Below are positions 49,901 through 62,000 of a stretch of DNA of 64,000 nucleotides, in pieces. The translations under genes were made by a program, and so were the position numbers. The notes beneath the pieces were generated by a model. It saw only the letters and a list, made by a program, of their open reading frames with translations. It made no database searches and had not been told where the DNA came from. Within the stretch, counting starts at the first letter, position 1; every line of letters begins with the position of its first letter. This DNA comes from Pelomyxa schiedti (taxonomy: Eukaryota; Protista; Evosea), in contig JAHLWZ010000222.1 in assembly GCA_020536535.1 (NCBI GenBank), forward strand, positions 124,001 to 188,000, written 5' to 3'.

Positions 49901-52900
49901 CCGGGGGTTGTTGGTTCTTGAGGTGTCTCCAGTTTGATTGTTGGAAGACTTGCTGGTGAATCTCTATATGCTGCTACGGAACCAGGTTCATTGTGTCTGA
50001 ACTCCAGGACGTCGACAATATCCTGTATAACTTTCTTTTCAGCAGGTGTAAAGGAAGCGCTGTTAGTGAGCATTTCTTTTGCACTCTGCAGTGGTGTTGG
50101 GATGCGTTGCCTGGAGTCGGGATCCGCCCCAATGGCAATTAGACGCTTCACAGCCTCTAGTGATTTAGACTCAACGGCTACGTGAAGGGGGGTATTGTTG
50201 TCAACATCCAGAACAACATTTGGGTCAACTTGAAGCTCATCTAGTATAAATTTCAGAAGTGGGATGTGGCATAATTTGATCACAAGTGCAAAAAGTGTTG
50301 TGACTTGCTCGACGCCAGCAAATGATCTGAGTGCATACGCCGGGGTCTTCCGTAGTTGCTGTTGAAGATTTGGGAGGGTACTGTGGTTCTCATTTGCTCG
50401 CATAATCTCGAACAGCAGGAAGTTTCCTGCAACACCCAGTTCAAATGCCTAATAGAGATGAGAGTAAGAAAAAATATGAAAAACATGCAGTGGGAATGTC
50501 CAAGCGTTGTTTCTGGTCGATCGACGTCATCACAAGCAATGTTCCTAGGATGTGTTCATCACAACTGGTTGGTAATTCAGGTACCGAGATTGCGGAAAGA
50601 CTTGAATTGCCAAATAATACTTCGGACATAGACAAGCCTACTGAATATATATCGGTATAAAGAAGACTCACGGTCTTTGGCTCTGTAAACGGGAAATCTA
50701 TTTCTGGAGCTCTGTAACTCCAGAGAAACCCATCCCCAGGCTGAAGTTCATAATCTAGTTCAAAAGTCTCGCACTTAACAGATGATGTAAAGTCTATCAA
50801 CTTAACTTGAAAGTATTTGTTCTAACACGGTTTTAGAGTGGGCAATTATGAATCAACATACAAAATTAACCACACGAATATTGTCTCTTGAGAGATTTCT
50901 GTGTACAACTTGAGATAATTGAAGGTATGATACTGCCTTCACAGATTGACTCAAAATTTCTTGTGTGATATCTCTCGTCACGCAAGTGTGATTGAAGAAA
51001 AAATGCAAGGGCATTCCTTAAGTGGTTTAAGCTTTTCAGAAAACTGCAGCTTCATACCATAGGGCTCCCATACAGTGCAAGAGAGATCCTTTGGGAAATG
51101 CTCATAAAAACAAGATATGAAGGTAGCACTCTTTATAAGGTGGGATATTGTGAAACAAAATACAAAATGCAGATACCGCTGGTATCACTTGGCACACTTC
51201 ATTCAAATCTGTCGGAGGACATTGGAACAAAGGAAGAAGAATATTTTCATGTACTGGGGCCGGATGCTTTATATCTCTATTACGGTTGGTGTTGGACGAA
51301 AACAGGGAACTTACCGAGTTGCAGTCGTATATAGGCGGACAAGTGCCACCCCATTAGATATAGTTTGGCACTTAATGTCATAGGGACCTGTTGTGCACTC
51401 AATTTTCCAGTTTGAAACTGAGCTCTCATTTGGATCTGAACTAAAGTCATGTTTCGAAAAGGATAAATAAACTGTACTTACCGGAAGTTATCCAATAACA
51501 GGTGGGCAGTCCACTCACAACATGAGAGGTGGGTAACACAGAAATGGGACTTTTCTCACTGTTTGTTGGATGTAGTTTTCGAAAAGATTTACCAGCCATA
51601 GTGACTTGATGAAAAATACTCCAGTAAGGATGATCCTTTTCTGTCTCCGCTGTGCAGTTCTCAATCTTATGTACATATCCACCATTACCAGTTATTTGCT
51701 CAAGGTGAGAAAAGAGTGTCTCTTCCGTGATCGTCGGTTCTGTCATTACCTTAACACTGGTGTAAATAACAATTGGCTGATAGCCTAAAAGACTTTGAGT
51801 AAGGTCGGGAGGAAAAAAAAAATAAACCTAAGCTCTGTGCTTCTTTTATCTGCATCTCAATATTGTGAAGTTGCTTTCTATGTAAGAGGCTACTTGAAAC
51901 AATGAAGATTACAGCATCCATTTTGTAAGATGGGTCAGGCTTATCATTGAAGTGGTTATCGTTGAATCTGGTTCCTGGCTGAACTTTTCCTTCCAGAAAG
52001 TCTGAGAAATGGAACCTGGAGTCTTGTTCTGATCCCCAGGTGTCAAAAAATCTAATTTTGGCAGTCTGGTTCTGGAGAGAGGGTGTGTGACATGAAAAAT
52101 CTTCTGTTACACCAAGGTGAAGAGGATGTGGAATATTGGAGCCAGAGAAAGAAGCACAGACACCTTTGATGAAAGATGACTTGCCACTTCCAGATGGCCC
52201 CCACACCAACACATTTAATGGTCCACCAAGTATATCTTCAGTGAACAGACCTGTGTTGGGTTTGTGTGATTATTTGTGTTTGTTGTGGATAGTGATACTT
52301 GCATCAATTGGCCTAGCCATCGGCCAGTGATAATTCAGTAGCGAGGAAAGTGTTTCATGGAATAATGGCGGCACTTCAGGAGGTTGTATGAGGTACCAAC
52401 CACACCCAGAAAAGGGGGAAATTTGATAGCAAAGCCTTTGTCCTTGGCAAAATACCCACAAACATGGCTCATTCTTTTGTTTAAGTACTAGAGGTATATT
52501 ATCAATCTTTGGGTCTTTCCCACTGTGTGGGGAATATTTTACTGTAGCATAGTAGACCCAGTCAGGTTTATTGTGATCACAAGAAATTAGCAGGCATGAT
52601 CTTTCAATACAAGACACCCGGGCCACAGCTGAGGCACGGGATAAAAATTGATGAAAATATCTGGGAAAGAATAAAAAGCACCAAGAGATTCACATCACAG
52701 ACCAACCTGGAAGTCAGTGCCTCTATTGCATTCTATACATTATAAGGCAAAAAGAAAAAAGGGTACCAACTTACAATATTCACCTGACCACTTGAAAGAC
52801 AGTATGAACATAGGGTAGTGAACTCACTTTCTGAGACATAAGGCCACACTGTAGGGTTGCTAAGAATGAAAAAGAAGCAAGGGAAAAGCACATTGAGGGA

Positions 52901-55900
52901 GGGAAGACACTTGACTCCCAAAATACATCTCCATTTGTTCAATGAATTTCTTCCAGGGCAAAGATTTGTGAAGTGGTGAGATATGTTGCCAAAGACATAT
53001 AACCGGGATAGTTGGAAGGCAGTGGTGTGCATGTAGATCACTGGAGAGTTGGTCCAAATGAAGATGTAGTGTATCCACAATGTATTGAAAAGTACATCTG
53101 TAATCTTCTTAGTTACTTACTAAAAGGTACACAATGGACCTTGACTCTGGAACTGGTTCCAAGCACTTATTACGTAAGAAAATCATATTTTCTAGTGCCT
53201 GGAGGTTCTGAGGATATATTGCTCCTTCTGGAAAAGTGGAGGGTATTTCTTTTGTACTCCAAAACTCAAAGAGCTAGAAGCACAATTTATTACAAACAAA
53301 AAAGTTTTATTACCTGCCACAGGAGAAACCCAAAACTAATGCAATTTAAAAAGAAAAACCTCAAAATAAATTAATACCTCCATACATCACTAGCGGAAGT
53401 TTGAGAGTAAGGTGGAGAAGAATATTCTGGAGCAGAAGTTTCTTGAAGATGAAACCTTTGACAGGCCCAAAAATGTGGGGAAATTAAGGAAAATGAAGGA
53501 AAAAACGAGTCATCATAAAAAGATATCAGAAATCTAATCAAAAGTTAGAAGGAAGAGGAAAAGTTGTAAACATACTTTGACTTTCCATTTTGAGCCCTTC
53601 CACATCACCAAAACATTGGAGAGAGAAAGATCCCTGGGGAAGTAAATTTCATGTATTGGGAGAACATTCATACCCATGAACAATTTTTTTTTCACCAAGA
53701 TAAAACATGCCTCTGGCTGTTTCCTTCAGGAAAAATTAAAGGAAATAAATACTAAAAAAGACTCTCACCAACACTAAAAAAACTAAAACTGGCAGATTCA
53801 ACTCCATGGGTTTGAAATGCTTAAGAAAGTTGTTGAGAGATTGATCTGCCTGTTCCATAACAAGGTATTGGTTGCCTTCAAATTGATAAAGCCCTGCAAG
53901 TGTGAAAGCAAGGAAACCTAAAACAGTGGTACCATAAAATCTAAGGATATTCTCATGTTTCAAACACTGAAGGATTGATAAGGGAATTGAACATGTAATT
54001 CCCTGGCAAGCAACAGTGCGGGATTTTCCTTTACAAACCAGGTACCCTTTCACCTTTGGGTTGTAAAAAATGTTTTAGAATTTATGTTATTACCTGTGCT
54101 TGTAATTCCTTGTCAGACCCTAAAAACTCATTGCAGACTGCTAGTGTACTACAGTCCTCATCAACTATTGAAGGTCTGGTTGAGGGACACAGTTCCTCCA
54201 TATTGTCAATGTAATCACCTCTGGTGATAAATTTGGATATCCCTCCAAAGTTGGCTTCTAAGAGGGCCGCCAAAGATGGATAAAATAGAGGCATCTTGTC
54301 CACAGTCTCAACAATGTGCCATCCAAACAAAGCAGAAATAGGAATATTGTGTGTATATACAAGGGTGTTCCAGTCTATCACCCATTGACCTCCTTCAGAA
54401 AGCCACTTATGAGTTATGATTTTGTGTTCAATGCCATTGCCAGTCTGATTGTCACATGCATATAGACCACAGCCACAACAATAGACAATGGCAGCGGGAC
54501 ACTTAATGTTACTAAGAAAGTCTTCAACTTGCTGTGCATTAAGAAAACCATGCAAAGTCCTGCAAAAGAAAGTTACAAATTGGGAAAAAAAAAATCATGA
54601 ACAGGGGGAAGCATACCTGTTCTCATTCCATGTCATTAGTATATTCTGAATTTTCGTAAGAAGGAGGGTGGTGTTAGGGTACATACAATGTCAATGGAAA
54701 AGGGTGGTGTGGGTGTGACCCAGTACTTGTACAGAGTGACCCAGTCACTTAAAGTTTCAAAAAACGACACTATTCACTATGAGTAATCAAGCAATACATT
54801 TGTTTCACACCAAAGTTCTGAATGACTGACTGATTCAAGTGGGTTATCTGACAGGTCTGAAGTAAATACCAATCTAGCATTTCCCCAAAGCTAGTGTGTT
54901 GGGTCATCTGCATACTTTGCCACATCTTGATTGCATTCTTTTGCTGTTTCTGTTCCAGTTGGTAGTCTGCAGGAAAGTCTGGTTTCCCTCTGTTTTTTGA
55001 TTCCCCCATTGCTGAAGGAGAGTCAACCCCTGTTTCTATCTCAACCGCCAACTTATAGTTAGGGCACTGTGGCTCATATTTGTAGGAAACCCCACACACA
55101 TTAAGAGGGGATTTGTCACACACAATAACTGTAAAAATCCAAGAAAAGGGAATTAGCCCAATTGTGCAATCCAATATGGATACATACGGAAAGTGTACCC
55201 AGTGAAGTAAAACATCTTCTTTGTTGTGGAGTCCCCTGGTTCTGTATTTGCATACAGCTTCACACTCAGAGTTCCAGTGTGCTTTTTAGTGTTGTCACTC
55301 TTGTAAGTCTCATTTGCCAGCCTCAAGTTGTAAGGTGCCCTTGTGCCAACTTCCACCAAGATAGCACCACCAGCCAACTGCACCTTTCTGTCCTTCGCAG
55401 CCGCCACATATTGTGATGATGGGACGCAAATCCTCAGCCCCAGGGAGCTCGTCAGCTTGTACGTGGTGGAGTTGGGAATCCCGTCGGTCTTCTCCCTGGT
55501 GGGCACAAACAAAGGACTGAGGGCCGCCGTGAGACCCGCCGCCGCGGTGCCCGCCGCGCTCGATCTCTTGCTGTTGGCCTTGGCATGAGGCGTCGGCGTC
55601 GGCGCCGTCCTGGCGGTCTTGGCCCTCCTCGAGGAGGTCGGCCTTGTGGTGTTGGGGCTGGCGCCGGGCGGCAGCGGCGATGGGGACGGCGACGACGACG
55701 GTGGGGACGAGAACGATGGGGACGACGAGGGCGGGGACGATGACGGTGGCGAAGACGAGGATGGAGACGGCGACGGGGTGCACGACGACGAGTGCGGGGA
55801 CGGCCACGGGGGCGGCGTCGACGATGGCGATGGCGATGGCGACGGCGACGGCGACGGCGGGGCAGGGGACGAGGCTGTGCGGCGGCGCTTGCGCGACGCG

Positions 55901-55974
55901 GTTGTCCCACCGGTGTCACTTGTTGCAGTGGTTGCGTCCGTGGGAGGTGAAAAAGGGAATGGAGTCTGTGCCAT
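46958..55974 (-). CDS. Giant multidomain protein: SH2-like, pseudokinase, second SH2-like, IFI44-like GTPase, kinase remnant, ankyrin, helical, coiled coil
   Basis: Unbroken run of same-strand exons: HGFLNAQQVEDFL; LKHENILRFYG/LVME/RDLSLSNVLV; IFHQFLSR..FHETLSSLLNY; VWGPSGSGKSSFI..RFFDTWG..MDAVIFIV; YRAPE..TDIYSVG; NNTPLHVAV. Two in-frame junctions were checked. It could still be more than one gene. Confidence 0.6.
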
Positions 55975-56088
55975 AAACGCACGTTCGTTCGCTACAAGAA
56001 CAAGGTAAAGCGATAAAAGGGGAAAAAAAAAAAATATTTCGCGATCAAATTAATCCGCCGGAAATAGCGGTGGCTGGCAACTTGGTAT

Positions 56089-56908
56089 CTATTGGAATGA
56101 CTCGACGAGAAGCTGTGTGACTCTGGCTGTGAAGTTATCAACACCGGCGGTGGTTTCTCTGTGCCCAGCGATGTTGATTGTATGCACGGAATTCCTGTGC
56201 AGAAAGTCCTTGATGCATTGAACAATTTCCGTTGTGTACTCTGAGAGGTAGGCGGGTTCATGATTTTGGTTTTTTTAAAGGTTGTTTGTGGAGATACCGA
56301 GATTGGTTATAATCAGACAGGGTCTGTACCCGGTGTATTCCATCCAACACCTGCCTCTTCGTACAGGGTGGTACAAGTCAGGGAAGGCCCATTTGCGATT
56401 CTGGCAGTATCCTGCAACTCTTCTTAAATGAAGAAAGATACAAGTACAACACAATAGATACCAATGGTTTTATCAGTTCCAGTACCGGGATGAAGCCGAA
56501 ACGCAATAGTTGCATCAGAAGCATCTACATTCATCTTGGTTCTTTTGCGGGGTTAAGTGAACACCCAGCACGGGATATACATTTCATGAAATAACCTTGC
56601 AGGATAGCCACTTGCATTAGCTTGTGTGAGCCCAAAATTGGCCAAACCCGGATCCGGACCATCTTCAGTCAACCACCCCTTAGGTGCAAATCCCCCAGTG
56701 GCTAAATTCAACTGCCTCTTAAAAAAAAACAAAAATAAAACAGAGTAAAATTGAACAAAAAAAAAAGGTGAGTCGTATCCCATAGCGCGGCGTACGGCCC
56801 CTCCCCGCCTGTTCTATTTAAGGGGTACCTTGCCGCCTCTAGCCCAGCGCGATCTGCACCCGTCTGGCCCCCAGAGATCACTTTCAATGCCAATCTCCTC
56901 TGTTGCAT
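56089..56908 (-). CDS. cpYpsA-type SLOG protein ('putative molybdenum carrier' family)
   Basis: Five exons give KVISGGQTGADRAGLEAA, TGGFAPKGWLTEDG, YPARTKMNVDASDATI, GTGTDKT, YRPCLII, TINIAGHRET...VESFQ*. Confidence 0.9.
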
Positions 56909-57193
56909 CAACTCCGGCGATTTCTCAGTAGGCCCAAAAAAAATGATCTGTTCAGAGCGACGAAGTGCCGTGCTCTCTTACCTACATTAGAAAGTGCCGC
57001 CCGGTTGATCCTTGGGAAAAACCTAAGAGGTAGGAGAATAGCTGCTGACTCTGGCAGGCTCCTAGATCCACGGAACTCCAACTTCATCACTCACAGGACC
57101 ATGGTCGTGGATCTTTTCTTGAAAATGGAATGAAAGTGATTTGAATAAACATCAGAGAACCAAAAAGGGTGAGCGGGAAAAAGAAGGGAAAAA

Positions 57194-58905
57194 ATGAGCC
57201 AACTCGCCGTTCCGGCACGTCCTCTCGGGGTGCCATCAACACGAATCGCCAAATCGGGCCCCACTCCCAATCCACCACCCCGTTCCTCGAGCACCCAGAG
57301 CACCCGCCATGTGTCCCCACCGAACTCCGCATCCCACAATTGCTCCCCGCCTGCACGGGGGTGCCCCCGCTTCCCACCCAGCCCCTCGGCCACGCCCACG
57401 CCCGCTCCCGCTCCCACACCGACCCACATTCCCAGTCCCAGGAACAACACCTTGTTTTACAGAGATAATTCCCCCATAGTGTGGCTCGTTCTCGCATCAG
57501 CCCCAAGCCCAATGCAGCCCACGGAACCCGACTGTTCCAGCTCAGAGTCACAGTCACAGACCCGGCCTCTAACCCAGCCTCCTGTCCATTGCACAACACC
57601 AGGGCCCCTGGCCCAGCCTCCAGCCCCTGCCACGCTCCCCAGCAGCCCCCCTTCGTCTCTGGTCCTGAGGCCGTCGTGGTCGGCCGTCGTCGAGGCTGGG
57701 TACGTGATCCCCCCGCCTCGGGGAGCGGGCTACTCGTCTTCGTCGTCGGACGACGGCTCCAGCTCCAACCCCGACGACGAGGACTCCATGTCTTTCAGGC
57801 AGTACCAGCTGTATCTCAGGCACCAGAAGCAAAAATCCCAGCAGGAGCAACAGAAGCAAAAAGCTGATGAACAACGTGGCGATGGATTGGATGAAAAGGG
57901 GAAGGACACCCCTGTTGTGCAACTGCAGAAGCAAAGCCTTGTCAATTTGGATGAAAAGAAGCAAAAGCCGTATCACACTACTGCAAGCCAACCACAACAA
58001 ATGCACGGTTCGAAGCCAAAGGCCTCTTCGAGTAATAAATTCCATAGAACAGCACTGACCACCCAATGCTCTGACGACGAGGATTATGCAGGTGATGACA
58101 ATGATGATGATTACACTGAGGACGATTTGTTTGAGTGTGATGCTGCTGTGCACAATGGTGGGGAGTCAGAGCATGAGGACCAGGAACCAAGCTCCCCTGA
58201 TGCTCATCACAGGAAAAAGGAAGATGATGAAGACACGGACTATGTTCCACCAAAGGTACTGAAGATATAAAAACATATTACACTTCACCAAGGGGGAAAC
58301 CTAAAAAACCTAATCCTAAGAGACCTCGAACATGTGGTTCTTCTTCCACAAGGAGATCACCTTATCTGATGTTTGCCGCTGCCATGCGTTCAACAGTCAG
58401 AGAGGAACTACGCAAAACCACAGCAAAAGTCCGAGAATCCAGTGTTCTGTGTGCTGTTGCGGCAAAGTGGAGATCACTTCCCGACACTGAGAAAGAACAT
58501 TGGAAGCACAAGGCTCTGCGGTCATCATCCCCCCACCACTCACACAACTCACACAACAGCACACCACAAAAACATTCCCACACTTCACCACAGAACGCCA
58601 GCACCTTGACACCACCACAACCAAAGAGGCCCAGAAAAGCTCCACCGGCACAGCACCTCCTGCAGAACCAAGAACCACAAAACAGCAGCTACAATCCACA
58701 TGATGTTCTTAGACCATACACACTCACGTTTTACTACCCAAAAGGCACCCGAATACAACAACAAAACTCAGAATCTCAGACTGAGTATGCTATCCCTATT
58801 TTTTTTTTGGATGTCAATTGCAGCTCTAACAAAATTCTCAGTCCCGAAATCACACAGTGCACCTGTTCTGTTGATGCGGAAGTGTCATCAGACTCTACAA
58901 CATAA
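57194..58905 (+). CDS. HMG-box protein with a long disordered/acidic N-terminus
   Basis: KRP..SPYLMFAAAMRSTV...AVAAKWRSLPDTEKEHWKHKA. The link to the upstream 57194-58270 ORF needs an intron whose phase is off by one base. Confidence 0.7.
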
Positions 58906-59006
58906 TTTGAGACAACATGCTACCAAGAATCCAGAAGGAAAAGCCAAAGGCACAAGAAATAGAATTGATGGCGTAGTGTAATATAAAACAAGTCTATTAC
59001 ATTCCT

Positions 59007-62000
59007 CTATCTGTCTTTATCTTTACATTTATCGTGGCTGTGGGTCCTTTGCTGACTCTCACCCAGACTCACAGCCCTTTGTAATGATGATATGGATTCG
59101 TCAACAGCATTGTCTAGTGCCTGCTGCTCCCATGATTCATCATTATCACCATTGTTTGCATTAGCACTGAGAGAATCCGAGGCTGTGCGATGTGTTGATT
59201 TTGGTTTCTTCTTGGCAGTTGTGGAACTTGTACTCTGGGTTAAAGAAACCGGCTGTTTGGCGGAAGACCGCAGGCTGATTCCCACATTTGTTATAGATGT
59301 GACTACTTTGTTGCTGGATTGTTTTAGTGGGGCATCGGGACTGTACAGGTAGGCTGTTACTTTGAAGCCCCCTTTTACTTCAATTTCGCCTGTTGGGAAG
59401 GGTTGAGAGTGGGAGTTTTTGCAATACATTTATACCTCGGGCTTCAAAAGGAAACTTATCTCCAAGAAGTTTGTAAGTGTTCTCAGTGACCTAGAGGGAG
59501 GTCACGACTTTGATCTTGCCAATGGAGGTGAGAGATACCTGAATTGTATTTGGAAACCCAAATGACTCCATCCTACTGGCTAAATTAACCTGTGTTTGAT
59601 TGGTGATTGTGTGAGCACGAAAAACTGGCATACGCAAGGGCCCCATATGTCATATCTAGACAACAGTGATTAGAGGAATAGGAGAAGAGAAAACTTACAC
59701 GACTTTTGATAACCCAATTACACCGGCAACAACAGGCCCACTGTTCACTCCTAAAGGATTGAATCACGTGAATATATGTCATTATTTATAAATACGGGCA
59801 TACCAATACGAATTTGCAAGTCCGTTCCGTTTTGTTCATTGAACAACTTAAGAGTTCTTATCATCCTCTCCGCAAAACTTACAATAGTAACAGCATGATA
59901 TTCGTTTGGATCAGGGCAACCACACGCAGCCATATAGCAATCCCCAATGGTCTGCAGGACATAAATAAGAACGGTGCATGCTGCGCAGCAATATACAACC
60001 TTAATTTTTTCGACTCCACACCTCACTGCAAGGGCATCCCATGCACACACTAATTTATTTAGAAGAGAAACAAGTTGTTGTGCATCAATTGAAGTACTCC
60101 ATTGGGAAAACCTAAACAACTTAGATCTCATATTGATCAAACCAATCAATTACACACTTGACAATATCTGCAAAAAGGATACTTACCTTTTTTTGGTTTT
60201 AGAAAGGAGTTATGAAGCTTGAAGAAACTTACAGATTCATGTGAGTCGGCTATCAGAGCCTCGCCATAGCTCTGCTGACTTGACAGGCAATCCTTTAGCC
60301 TTAAGGCGATATTTTTGGGGAGCATTTTAAGTAACAGCGCTTCGTTTCTTTCAATAAGGTTACGATACGTCCGTATCTCACGAACATCTCGAATGAAGAG
60401 AGCCGAAAATCCTTTTTTGTTTTAGAGAGTAATTGTTGCATTGTCTACCTTCAGATGATGAGTTGCTCTTCGAAAGGAGAATTGGAAATTTTGATCCATC
60501 TTTATGAACAGCAGTACTTTCCCTAGATTTTTCGGCAGCCTGGTTAATAGCTTCATCTAAAAGAATGTTTACTGGGCTTCCAACGACTTCGTCGGCGGTA
60601 TATCTATCAATTCATTAATGAAAGGACGAATGAAGCGAAACATACCCAAACATCTTTTGGGCGGAGGTGTTGAAAATTTCAATCAGCATAGTTCCAGTAT
60701 TGAAGACAACAACTGTTTTCAAATAAGGTTCAAAAACTAAATTTGAGATATATTCGATACTTGCATCTGCAGCTGCTTCAAGAATTTGCTTTGTTTTTTG
60801 TTGACTTTGGGCTAGCATTTTGGCAATTCTCTGTCTGTAATTCACGATTTTTCCTGCAGAATATCAGTCTTGTTAATGAAAAACCTCACTCACCATTCTC
60901 TATAAATTGCTTCAATTCACTGGCTTCATCAATGACATTGGCTTGTGATTTTTTCTTTTTAGAAGAAAAAAGAAGTGGAAGAACCTAACCTGGGAGAAGA
61001 AGAAACATATTCACAGTTTGTTGATGCTCCAGGCGAACCTTTTGTATTGGAAAGTACCAAACCAAACACACCATTACAGTGGTTGGCCAGAACAATCCAA
61101 AAATTATAGCAACAACTAGACCTTCCCGTGCAAGTACTTGGACCCAATAGTCTACAAGTTTTTCATCGAACTGAGCAAGCCAGGAGAAGAGGGGCTCAGC
61201 TAAGTTGTGCACAACTCGGTAGTCCTTATTCTGCTGTGAAATAAAGGCCTCATCAGTGACCTGCGGGAGTTGGAACAAAATATATATATTGAATGCAGGA
61301 ACCTGCAAAAGGTTTACAGAAGAAAGGAATTTATAAATTAGATCATTCAATCCAGCTAAATAGAGTAAGAAATTGTCTTCAAATATCATCCATCATACAG
61401 CAGTATCCAGCATCAGTAAGATTGCACTCTTTGTGCTCAAGAAGTATTTCCATATCGTCACTTTGAAGATCAAGTGAAAGCGAGCCTGAAATCTTATTTG
61501 CTCTGTGCACAATGGTTAAGAAAACGAAGAACAACAAAAGTGACACACTCGGACTGGGCATCCTCAAAAAGGTTTACATTCTCTTGTAGCAGTGAGCGAA
61601 TGTCCTGGATACTTCCATAGCACAGTGTATCGCGATTCAGTAAGGCGATGGTTAGCACTGTGCATCTTCTTAGAGGTGTACTCTCTAGCAGCCTTAACTG
61701 CGTGAAAGCAAGTGGTTTATCAAAAGCGCCCAGGGCAACTATTCCATAAATAGAAAGGGCAAATATGAATGCAAGGGAAAGAGCTAAGCCACACAGGAAT
61801 CTGTGAGTGCTGTTGGATTACTCAATCAAACAAGGTGGTCAGAACCTGGCAAAAAGGCTCCATGGAAAAGGGAGTTTTACTTCTCTTGCTGCCCCTGAAT
61901 TTGACAAACCAGCTGTATTGTGTGAGTTGCAATGTGGTAATTCTTAGCCTACATATCGATGCCTGGGAGCCTCCACACTGATAATAAATTTCCAGGACTG

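Noticed and set aside
55452-56008. Arg-rich and Asp/Gly-rich overlapping ORFs
   Set aside because: Alternative-frame readings of the GC-rich S/P low-complexity exon.
45370-56908. Endogenous giant-virus insertion or bacterial contamination
   Set aside because: The genes carry host-type spliceosomal introns, no capsid, polymerase, packaging ATPase or integrase is seen, and they are interleaved with clearly eukaryotic genes.
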